This document shows, in pieces, positions 40,678 to 49,201 of a stretch of 64,000 nucleotides of DNA. The DNA lies in assembly GCA_964514565.1 (NCBI GenBank), contig CAZERA010000001.1:248001-312000 (forward strand). Reading direction: 5' to 3'. The DNA comes from an uncultured Candidatus Peribacteria bacterium (GTDB lineage: Bacteria > Patescibacteriota > Gracilibacteria > RBG-16-42-10). Both the position numbers and the translations under genes were made by a program. The stretch's first letter is position 1; every line of letters starts with the position of its first letter. Below the pieces are notes generated by a model. That model was not told the DNA's origin. It saw only the letters and a list, made by a program, of their open reading frames with translations, and made no database searches.

Positions 40678-41185
40678 AGTTGTTTGGTTTAATCAACATC
40701 GACATTAATTTTCCTTGGCTAATAATGCCTTGCTCCACTTGGCATTCACCCTCGAGATATTTAAGAAACTCAGTAATCTTTGCTCTACCTAATTCTTTTC
40801 TACTGATTTCACGGCCATGAAACATCAACATAATTTTAACTTTAGCCCCCTTGCTCAAAAACTTTTTAGCTTGAGTGGCTTTGATTTCCAAATCATGTGG
40901 TGATGTGGCAATACCCAAACGAACACCTTTGATTTCGTTCTTGGGATTTTTATTCTTCTGCTTTTGTTCTAGTTTTTGTTGGCGGTAAATATATTTACCA
41001 AAGTCCATTACCTTACAAACAGGAGGATTAGCTTTTGGCGCTATTTCTACCAAATCTAAGCCTGCTTCTTGAGCCATAACCAAAGCCTGAGCCACAGTTA
41101 CTACCCCAAGTTGCTCATCTTCATTGTTGAGGAGACGAATCTCTGTGCCGGTAATAGCACCATTGATACGGACGTTCTTATTAAT
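40676..41185 (-). CDS. infC: Translation initiation factor IF-3, probable ATT start
   Basis: RINGAI, LDLVEIAP.ANPPVCKVMDFGKY, KVKI...F.GRE; in-frame ATT at 41185. Confidence 0.94.
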   Translation of the reverse strand: MNKNVRINGAITGTEIRLLNNEDEQLGVVTVAQALVMAQEAGLDLVEIAPKANPPVCKVMDFGKYIYRQQKLEQKQKNKNPKNEIKGVRLGIATSPHDLEIKATQAKKFLSKGAKVKIMLMFHGREISRKELGRAKITEFLKYLEGECQVEQGIISQGKLMSMLIKPNN

Positions 41186-41235
41186 AGAAAGAAAGTTAAT
41201 ACGAAATAATAGTAGCACAATTTCATTTGGCTCTG

Positions 41236-42417
41236 CTACTTCTTTGGAGCAATACTTACTTTGAGCAAACTGCTCATTGGTTTATCGAATAAATACCATC
41301 CTTCACTAAGGTCGGGACTGAGCTTGGCTATTAGAAGCGTCTGATCATCATTGAGGGTAGTGATACTGGTCGGTTTGTCACTACTGATTGCTTGTTGGAA
41401 GAGCTGTTTTGGCGCACTATTTTCTTGGAAGACATTTTTGAAGGTGAGGCTATGGTCACTGTCTATAAAGTAAATTGTATCACCAGCTTGATTAAGCAAG
41501 ATACTATTGGGGTTTGCTGTAGTAGCTAGATGCATAATGGTTTGACTATCACGCACAATCACTATTTCTTTTGCTTGCGGAATGGCGAGTGAGCCGGGTC
41601 CGATTATTTTTACGGCGCCAGTTATTTCCCAGTCCCCCCATTCTCTCTGTGTATTGGTATCCAAGTCCCAGGCAATAATGGTTTTCTTGGTATTGTTCGT
41701 TTTCTGTCCTACGATAAATACCTCATTTTTGTAAAGAGAAGAGGTGACTGTCCATTCACTAAATTGGGCTAGCGAAAAAGTTTTGGTGTCGATTGTGATG
41801 CTATTGTTTTCTAAGCTTAGTGTATGCACCTGCTCTGGGCCTGATTGACAGTCAAATGTGCTTTCGCTGAGTGGGTCAGCTGTAAAGCTATCATCTTTGG
41901 CAGTGAGTAGTTGATTTTGAATACTACCCGATCCAGTGTGCAATAAACATGCTTGTGTACCGTCTCTGCTCCATACTACATTGTTGATTCCGGCTGGTAG
42001 AGCAATCTTGCGAGGTACTGTAGAGCTTATAATGTCACTGAGTTGGTTGTCACTGACAGCCACTGGATTGACGTAGCTGATGGGCGGGGTGAAGGGCTCG
42101 TTGCTGGCTATTTGGGCATGATAAGTAAAATGCACGACTAATTTGTTTGCTCGATTCCAGGCAATATCTTGATCTATTGTCTGGTCTTCATATTGCCCCT
42201 TGCTAACCACAAATGTTTGGGTGCCAGCACGTGAATGAATTTGTACTAGACCATTTGTATCTGGGTATTGGATGCCATTGTATTGTACGGCAAATGGCGA
42301 CTGGCCTTGAATGGTAATGTCACCCCAGTAAAAAAAGACTAAGAAAACAATGATTGCTAGAGTAGTAATCAGAAAAGGGATCAAAGCGAAAATGATTTTC
42401 TTTCTTGGTAAAGCCAT
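41236..42417 (-). CDS. TM-anchored PEGA-like protein with a probable beta-propeller
   Basis: N-terminal TM, VSKGQYE, beta-rich repeats (WSRDG). Confidence 0.6.
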   Translation of the reverse strand: MALPRKKIIFALIPFLITTLAIIVFLVFFYWGDITIQGQSPFAVQYNGIQYPDTNGLVQIHSRAGTQTFVVSKGQYEDQTIDQDIAWNRANKLVVHFTYHAQIASNEPFTPPISYVNPVAVSDNQLSDIISSTVPRKIALPAGINNVVWSRDGTQACLLHTGSGSIQNQLLTAKDDSFTADPLSESTFDCQSGPEQVHTLSLENNSITIDTKTFSLAQFSEWTVTSSLYKNEVFIVGQKTNNTKKTIIAWDLDTNTQREWGDWEITGAVKIIGPGSLAIPQAKEIVIVRDSQTIMHLATTANPNSILLNQAGDTIYFIDSDHSLTFKNVFQENSAPKQLFQQAISSDKPTSITTLNDDQTLLIAKLSPDLSEGWYLFDKPMSSLLKVSIAPKK

Positions 42418-42418
42418 A

Positions 42419-43339
42419 TTATGAGACGACAAGAGTATAGGTAGGACCAGGTTGTCCCTGACAGTAGAATATATAAATTCCTTTGTCGGTGAGTGGCATA
42501 GCGAGTGACTTGGCTGCTGGGATCAACTGGTTGATTTTGACGGGAGACTGGGGGTCGGTACGGAGTTGGCAAGTAGTAATGCTGTTGTTGTACCAAACAA
42601 TGCTGTCGCCACTAAAGAGCTTACCTTTGGTAGGATCATATGTTTTTCCATCAAATAGCACCGTGCTTTGTGGTGTAAAGGAAGCATCTGCCACAATTGC
42701 TACTGTTTGTGGATCATAATAATAAAGCGTCACTAGCCGAGCAATGAGATTGCTGCGTGCTAGTCCGGTCAATGGTTGGGTTGGATCAGGAGGGATCACC
42801 TCTAGATTGATTCTTTGACTAATGTCAGTCACTCCAGCTGGGAAACGAAAACCATCTGGCACCGTGACCCTGCCCAGCAAATCTGTAGGAATCTGAGGAT
42901 CATTGCTGAAAAGTGTCTCGATATTGTCGGTAGTATCTAGGCCCGAAGGGTTGGTAGTAAGATCTGGATCGTCAGTGCTTTGGATAGGAGCTAAATCAAT
43001 TTGCACTAAGCCATTACTTTCACTGGGCACCAAGGTCAAAATCTGGGTAGTATATTTTGCTTTCTCTGCTCGCAGAGAGTAGCTGTTGTGGTTGAGATTG
43101 GCCAAGGTGATTGGGGTCTGCCCCATATTGATATCATCCAAGAAAATAGTGATTGCTGCAGGTGTACTAGTCACTGTAATACTTTTCGTTGGTTGAGGAA
43201 TGTCGTTGTTGCTGCTGGGAGGGACTGTTACTTGGGTTTGAGGCAATACCGTCACTGGTACGGGGGCGTATTGGTTGAGCAGTATTGCGCTGCCAATTAC
43301 TAGGAATACAAAGAAAATGAGAAAGAGACGTTTGCTCAT
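42419..43339 (-). CDS. TM-anchored PEGA + cupredoxin-like protein
   Basis: VTSTP....IFLD...MGQTP; C-terminal GDSIVWYN...GIYIFYC. Confidence 0.7.
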   Translation of the reverse strand: MSKRLFLIFFVFLVIGSAILLNQYAPVPVTVLPQTQVTVPPSSNNDIPQPTKSITVTSTPAAITIFLDDINMGQTPITLANLNHNSYSLRAEKAKYTTQILTLVPSESNGLVQIDLAPIQSTDDPDLTTNPSGLDTTDNIETLFSNDPQIPTDLLGRVTVPDGFRFPAGVTDISQRINLEVIPPDPTQPLTGLARSNLIARLVTLYYYDPQTVAIVADASFTPQSTVLFDGKTYDPTKGKLFSGDSIVWYNNSITTCQLRTDPQSPVKINQLIPAAKSLAMPLTDKGIYIFYCQGQPGPTYTLVVS

Positions 43340-43340
43340 T

Positions 43341-44351
43341 TTAAGAAAAGAATTGGATAGTAGCTACTACACTAGGTTTCTCTTGGCACCAAAACTGCCA
43401 TGTGCCGTTGAGATCAGGACTAGGGGTGAAGATTAAGTCTTGGTTGGGAGCTAAAGATCCAACTGGAATGGTGGTGTTTTGGTCAGTGAGGGCTCGGAGT
43501 GTGCAGGTACTAGTGGTGATATTGACGAAGTGAGGCTTGAAAGCCACAAACACTTCAACAGGGCTGGGATAGAAATATTTATCACTAATAACGATCACAT
43601 GTTCGCCTGCAGTACCTTGTTCTACTTCATCATTGGCATCACTAGCATAGACGCCTGTGTATCGGTTGATTACGTCTTCGTAGAGGCTAATTTCTGATTC
43701 GGTTGGTTGGCTAGTTTGTACTACTGGGCTTTGCTGTGGGATGGGTGTATTTGTAGTCGTTGTTGGTTGTGCAGATATGGTGGTATTTGTACTTGGTGCT
43801 GCCGTATATGTGAACTGTTGGGTTGGCAGGGTGTGGTGATTGAGTGAATAGGTTTGAGGGAAGTCTACAGGTACGGCTGTTGGTAGCGTGGGTGTCGCGG
43901 TTGGAGAACTGCTTGGTACTACAGTGTTGGTGGGCAGTGTATTGAGGGCTACTAGTTGTAGTCGCAAGGTCGAGTCGGTGGGGGTGAAATCCAATGACTG
44001 GGTGACGAAGCCATCTTTTTCAACCACAATATGGTATTGGGTTTGGCTTTGAAATGAGTAGCGTATTGGTGTAGTTCCTATTGATTGATTATTGACGGTA
44101 ATTTTTGCTCCTTGGGGGGTGGAGATAATGCTGACACTAATTGGTTGTGTGGCTGTTGTAGGGCTAGCTGAGACACTAGATGTTGGGACAAAAGAGGGGG
44201 GGAAGACAGGATTGGTAGGTGTAGGGATGGGCGTGATAATAGTTGCTTTTGGCCACAATAGTACGGTACCCAAGCCTAGCAGAGCACAAACTAAAATGAT
44301 GATGAGTGTTTTTCGAAACATAAGTAAAAGGGGGGTAAATAACTTATGCAC
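43341..44351 (-). CDS. TM-anchored PEGA + Thr/Pro stalk + cupredoxin-like protein
   Basis: ISTPQGAKITVN..IGTTP, VEKDGF; C-terminal FYPS...GTWQFWC. Confidence 0.72.
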   Translation of the reverse strand: MHKLFTPLLLMFRKTLIIILVCALLGLGTVLLWPKATIITPIPTPTNPVFPPSFVPTSSVSASPTTATQPISVSIISTPQGAKITVNNQSIGTTPIRYSFQSQTQYHIVVEKDGFVTQSLDFTPTDSTLRLQLVALNTLPTNTVVPSSSPTATPTLPTAVPVDFPQTYSLNHHTLPTQQFTYTAAPSTNTTISAQPTTTTNTPIPQQSPVVQTSQPTESEISLYEDVINRYTGVYASDANDEVEQGTAGEHVIVISDKYFYPSPVEVFVAFKPHFVNITTSTCTLRALTDQNTTIPVGSLAPNQDLIFTPSPDLNGTWQFWCQEKPSVVATIQFFS

Positions 44352-46635
44352 CTACGGCAATGGCCGCATCTATTGAGGGTCGAATTGTATTGTAATTTTC
44401 CCAACTGAGGAGGTTGTTGGCTCCATGTGCGTAGCCTACATCATGGATCAAGAGATTGGTGAATTGGTGAGTGGAGGCATTGTAACCTTGGATACCAACA
44501 ATAGTTGTAAAGTGCCCACGAGGAACGAATTGATTGGCATGCCCCATAGTGGAGATTCCTTCAATTATAATCGGATGGCCTTGGCCTAGCTCAGCAAAGA
44601 TAGCATCTGCATCTGGAGTGATATTGCGGACATGGGTTAAACCAAACTCTTGGCGCATGATTTTCGTTAGTTTACTTGGGTCACCACCAATACCTAAAAT
44701 GTACGCACAGAGGTTGTCATTCCATGCTCTCGGAGCTGATGCTGCTGAGTAGCCGTTGATTCGGGCTGCTCTAGCTGGAGGCAAGTCACGAATGCCACAG
44801 CGATAATAATTATTGATGAAGTCACTCAAAGCAATATTTGTTCCTTTCACATAATTTATGGCAATCAATGTTGCCGTAGCTCCACAACTGACACCAGCCC
44901 ACTTGTGGCTGACTGTGCCTGTATCGGCATCGGTATGATCAGCCAGGTTTGGGGTAGTGGCACAGTTACCTGCGTATTCACATTCACGAGGCGAGTTACC
45001 CTGCACTAAGAATCGAGCCGGTAAACGCACTTCACAAATGTTATTGGTATCACAACTAGCTTGTGGTGCTGAAGGGGGAGTGCCGCTTTGGATAATACTT
45101 ACTGGTCCTACTGCTGATCCAGTGGCTGGGAAGTAATTGACGCCATTGATAGCTCGCGGTACGCAGGCTTGTGAAGTGCCAAAGGTAAAGAAACAAGGGT
45201 TGATCAGATAGAGGATAAAGCCACTAGTAGCTAGCAATGCTAGACCTCCAAGGGTATTGAGAATGCGTTCAGTAGATTTTTTTACTTGTTCACCACTACC
45301 ACCCATGATGATTTGAATACCGGACACAATCAACATCAGTAACGCCAAAGTGCCAGCTAAACCACCGATGTAAACAAAGAGGATCCGAGCATAGTTGAGG
45401 ATGTAGCCTTGGCCACCACCATCGATACTGGTAGTGCCATTGATGCCTGCTTCTAAACCAACTTGGCCACTAGCCAAAGGAACAGTCACTTGTTGTGCTG
45501 TGCCAGCTTGAGGATTATTGACAGTGAAGTTTGCTTGGCCAGATGAACCCGTATTGCCTCCTGCGACAGTTTCTGGTGGTGGTTGATTGTTGTAAACAAT
45601 ATTGAGAAATGTCTTCATGCCAGCACCTACCGCTCCAACATGGTCAATACCTGTGGCAAATAAGCTATACCATGGTTTAGTAGGACTCTTGGTGCATGCT
45701 CTCAAAGGATTTTGCCAGTATGCTTTGAAATGAGTGACTTCTGCAGCGGGATGACCCCTAGTAGCTCCAGAAGAGCTTGGAGCATGGGTATTGCCAGCTC
45801 GAGGAGGGGATGTGAATATATTGGTATCACACTGTGCTAGATCTTGAAAATCACGTGGCACGTCATTGTGGTATCCGCCAGTTTCTACACCATTGACGAA
45901 AGTACCACTATCATAAGCCATATCGGCAGCATAGAGCAGAATAGTACTCCTAGGATAAGCACTTATAATTGATGAATAAACAGATGAACAACCATCTAAT
46001 ACCGCTACCCCAATAGGATTGAGTGAGCGAAACTGGGTAAGGTCATCACCGCATACAGCACCAGAGTGCCCTGATACTAATACATCATTGCTGAGGTGAA
46101 TACCCAAACTGGCTACGCTTGGATCACTGTCTAATGCTTGCTGTACTTTTTGTTTCAGCAAAGGACCATCTAGGCCGCTCCAGGCTACTTGGGTGACACT
46201 GTTAGCTGGCACCACAAAAATCATACCTGGTACATTGGTATTACGAATTGCGGCTTCTATTGCTGATTGGAATCTACCTTCACCCTGCTCTTGTGGATGC
46301 CCCGGTTTGCTACTACCCAATTCGCCATTTGGTAAATAGTAGCTACTGACGTCCCCTGGACGCCCATTGTTGCCATGGAGCAAAACATACATTGGGAAGC
46401 TACCCTGACATTGTGCTTCTTTTGGTACGTAGATGATACTTTTATTAGGTATGTAGCCAGCATTTTGAGCTGGTACATAGTCGAATCGGAGGAATTTGGT
46501 GTCACCGGTAGTGGTACAGCGAGTACCTCTATTCTGAGCTTCTACGAGAGGAATTGTGAGAGCGGATGGAGCTATTATCCAGATACTACTGATCAAGACG
46601 GAGATGAGAAAGCTAAAGAGAAAAAAGCGCTTCAT
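44344..46635 (-). CDS. Alpha/beta-hydrolase + VirB2-like pilin hairpin + C39-like cysteine peptidase fusion
   Basis: Signal peptide; LLHG and VSGHSGA; SGIQIIMGGSGEQVKKSTERI...LINP; SCGATA, GHFTTIVG, IHD. Confidence 0.75.
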   Translation of the reverse strand: MKRFFLFSFLISVLISSIWIIAPSALTIPLVEAQNRGTRCTTTGDTKFLRFDYVPAQNAGYIPNKSIIYVPKEAQCQGSFPMYVLLHGNNGRPGDVSSYYLPNGELGSSKPGHPQEQGEGRFQSAIEAAIRNTNVPGMIFVVPANSVTQVAWSGLDGPLLKQKVQQALDSDPSVASLGIHLSNDVLVSGHSGAVCGDDLTQFRSLNPIGVAVLDGCSSVYSSIISAYPRSTILLYAADMAYDSGTFVNGVETGGYHNDVPRDFQDLAQCDTNIFTSPPRAGNTHAPSSSGATRGHPAAEVTHFKAYWQNPLRACTKSPTKPWYSLFATGIDHVGAVGAGMKTFLNIVYNNQPPPETVAGGNTGSSGQANFTVNNPQAGTAQQVTVPLASGQVGLEAGINGTTSIDGGGQGYILNYARILFVYIGGLAGTLALLMLIVSGIQIIMGGSGEQVKKSTERILNTLGGLALLATSGFILYLINPCFFTFGTSQACVPRAINGVNYFPATGSAVGPVSIIQSGTPPSAPQASCDTNNICEVRLPARFLVQGNSPRECEYAGNCATTPNLADHTDADTGTVSHKWAGVSCGATATLIAINYVKGTNIALSDFINNYYRCGIRDLPPARAARINGYSAASAPRAWNDNLCAYILGIGGDPSKLTKIMRQEFGLTHVRNITPDADAIFAELGQGHPIIIEGISTMGHANQFVPRGHFTTIVGIQGYNASTHQFTNLLIHDVGYAHGANNLLSWENYNTIRPSIDAAIAVGA

Positions 46636-46737
46636 AAAAATAATACGTTCGTAACGTTCCACTATAATTGAACTATCGCAAACCACAATAGCGAATCTTT
46701 TTTCTTTGTGCTATCCTCAAATCCGCCGGTTTGCATA

Positions 46738-46766
46738 TTGACAAATCTGCTTAAATGTTTTATAAA
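46738..46766 (+). promoter_or_regulatory. Putative sigma70 promoter
   Basis: TTGACA-17 nt-TATAAA upstream of the ATG at 46789. Confidence 0.55.
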
Positions 46767-46788
46767 TTAAGGAAGCATAATAAATTCT

Positions 46789-48027
46789 ATGAACACCTCT
46801 CCTGATCGTGCATTGGGCCGTGAACCATTACGTCCATTGGAAGCTCCGACTACAGCTCCACAATTGAGCTCAATTGAAACTCGCGCTGATGTTCGAGATG
46901 TTCTTGCGTTGAATCAAGCAGGTGCTGTGCATCCTGATGCTGGTACTGTTGCTAGAATGCTAGACGCTCCAAGTGTAGTGAACGATAAAGTAAGAGCTAT
47001 GGTGACTATGCTTGCTGCAGGTGCGTTATTGCCTGGCTGTGATGGTAGTACATTACTGTGTGTATTATGTAGCGGTGGCGCTTTGGCAGCATTAACTGGC
47101 GCTGTAGGATATGGACTATATAACCGTTTCTTTGAAACAAAAAATTTAGGTGCTGGAGAATACGGTGTATTTGTGCGTTCAGGGGTGTTGGGTGATTTCG
47201 CAAGCAGATTCAATCGCGCTGGTGATACAGTCTATGAAAAAGGACATCCAGTAACTTATTTCAAGCTTTGGAGAAGATATGAAGCTGGCTTTCAAGATAC
47301 GGTTGTTAATTATCCAATCCCTGCAGATCAATCAAATGATGCTCTAGCTAATGGACAGTCAGATTACAGTCGTTTATTAGAAGCTACTGACACTGTTAAG
47401 TATAAATTTACTTGGTCAGTGCAAGCAAGAATTATTCCTGGCAAAGAAAATGAATTCTATCTCAATTTCAAGAAGAAATTTAATTATGGCGACCAAAACA
47501 CGAAAGTATTCGATGCTACTCAAAAAGCATTAAGTGATGTCGTTGCTAAACTAACATTTAAGGATGTTGCCGATGCAAACAGTAAACGTGAAAAGTTTAA
47601 TACAGATGTACAAGGCCATCCTTTTTTAGTTGAATTTGCCAATACATTTGGTTTACAACTTACTGTGATCTTAGGAGACATCGAGGCACCCAAAAGTGTA
47701 AGTGATAAAGCTGAGCTTAATGCTGCTAAAGACTTAGAGATCAAAATTGCTGAAAAGGATGTAAAAATCAAAGAAGCTCAGGGTAAAGGTGAGCAGGCGT
47801 TACAAGTAGGTCGTGGTGCTGCTGCAAGAGCTGCTGGTGAAATTCAAACTGCAATTTATAAAGAAAGACAAATTGCTCTTGGATTAAATCCTAAGGAGGC
47901 TTTAGCTGCGATAGGATTAGATGCTTTGAGAGATACTGGAGCAAAGGTACTAGATTTATTGGGGGGACGGTCTAGTAATCCATCAGGAGTACCTTCTGAT
48001 GATGGCACTACTACTTCTAAGAAATAA
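46789..48027 (+). CDS. SPFH/band-7-like membrane protein
   Basis: TM, then ALSDVVAKLTF...REKF...FGLQL..LGDIEAP, then an Ala/Glu/Lys coiled coil. Confidence 0.62.
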   Translation: MNTSPDRALGREPLRPLEAPTTAPQLSSIETRADVRDVLALNQAGAVHPDAGTVARMLDAPSVVNDKVRAMVTMLAAGALLPGCDGSTLLCVLCSGGALAALTGAVGYGLYNRFFETKNLGAGEYGVFVRSGVLGDFASRFNRAGDTVYEKGHPVTYFKLWRRYEAGFQDTVVNYPIPADQSNDALANGQSDYSRLLEATDTVKYKFTWSVQARIIPGKENEFYLNFKKKFNYGDQNTKVFDATQKALSDVVAKLTFKDVADANSKREKFNTDVQGHPFLVEFANTFGLQLTVILGDIEAPKSVSDKAELNAAKDLEIKIAEKDVKIKEAQGKGEQALQVGRGAAARAAGEIQTAIYKERQIALGLNPKEALAAIGLDALRDTGAKVLDLLGGRSSNPSGVPSDDGTTTSKK

Positions 48028-48041
48028 TTTAATCTTATTTT

Positions 48042-49190
48042 ATGGAAATCAAAGATCCTTGGGATGTACCTGGTGCTACCACTCCTACTGCTAATAATAA
48101 CGCCCCAGCAGAAAAAATATTTCCTGAAATTACCCGTAAACATGTTGGCTATGGTTTAGGTCTAGGTGCTTTAGCTCTTGTTGGTGCTTTAACCGTAATG
48201 AATCGTGGTGCAATTGGTAATGCAATTGGCCGTGGCTCATCTTCAGTGGCAGATACTGCGCGTGGGCTTACTCACACAGGTAGTGTCATTCCTGAAGCCC
48301 CTAATAATGTGGAGCGAGTAAGTGCACTTGAACGCGATATTGACTCTGCTGATGATCTGGAAGTACGCATGGCTACTTATATGAATCAGCATCCTAATTT
48401 TGCTCAAGAAGATGGTTTCCGTCGTATGTTTGCTCAACGTAGACAATTAGCTGAAGGTATACTTAATAATGCTGCTGGCGCTTTAGATAAACCAACCTCG
48501 ACATCATGGGGTAATCATATTGAAAGTCTTTGGGGGACTCCAAAAGGTACTTTACTCACAGTTAAGTTGTTATCTGGCATTGCATTCTCTCTCCATCGTG
48601 TAGCACGCAATGGTGATAGCAATGATCAAGAAGGTGCACGTGTTGTATACAATATGTTTAGCCAAGATGGGTGGCAGCGTGATACGGGCTTGGTGAGTGA
48701 TCGTCGTGATCCTAATAGTATTCATTATGGCTTACTGGCACGACTCGAACGTGATAATTTAGCTGGCTTTTCAGTAGCCAGAAGTAATGCCAGAATGGTA
48801 AGAGGTTCATACGAACTAGTAGCTGAACCAAGCTATCTACAAGCTGTGCGTGCTCGTTTGCAACGAATTCAGGCAGTGATTGAAGCTAAACGTACAGCTG
48901 GTCAATTGACTCAACCAAATGTGCTTGCTGAGCTCAATAGTGCAGCAGTGCCACAAGATGCTTTAGCTCAGGTACCAATGAATATTACACTTTCAGCAGT
49001 TTGGGCTAGACTCAATGCTGCTGGTAGTACTATTGATACTGAAGTGTTGGCGCAAGGACTTTTAGGCGGTAGACCTTATCTAACTGTACTTCCAGTCTCC
49101 GATGGTCAAGGTGGTGGAGTGACTCGTGCTCATGAACTCAATCCTGCTGAAATTCCTGATCCACGCACCTTTGTTCCTATCGCTCGCTAG
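48042..49190 (+). CDS. Single-TM hypothetical protein
   Basis: 382-aa ORF 14 nt downstream of the SPFH-like gene. Confidence 0.72.
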   Translation: MEIKDPWDVPGATTPTANNNAPAEKIFPEITRKHVGYGLGLGALALVGALTVMNRGAIGNAIGRGSSSVADTARGLTHTGSVIPEAPNNVERVSALERDIDSADDLEVRMATYMNQHPNFAQEDGFRRMFAQRRQLAEGILNNAAGALDKPTSTSWGNHIESLWGTPKGTLLTVKLLSGIAFSLHRVARNGDSNDQEGARVVYNMFSQDGWQRDTGLVSDRRDPNSIHYGLLARLERDNLAGFSVARSNARMVRGSYELVAEPSYLQAVRARLQRIQAVIEAKRTAGQLTQPNVLAELNSAAVPQDALAQVPMNITLSAVWARLNAAGSTIDTEVLAQGLLGGRPYLTVLPVSDGQGGGVTRAHELNPAEIPDPRTFVPIAR

Positions 49191-49201
49191 ATTTGTAAAT
49201 A

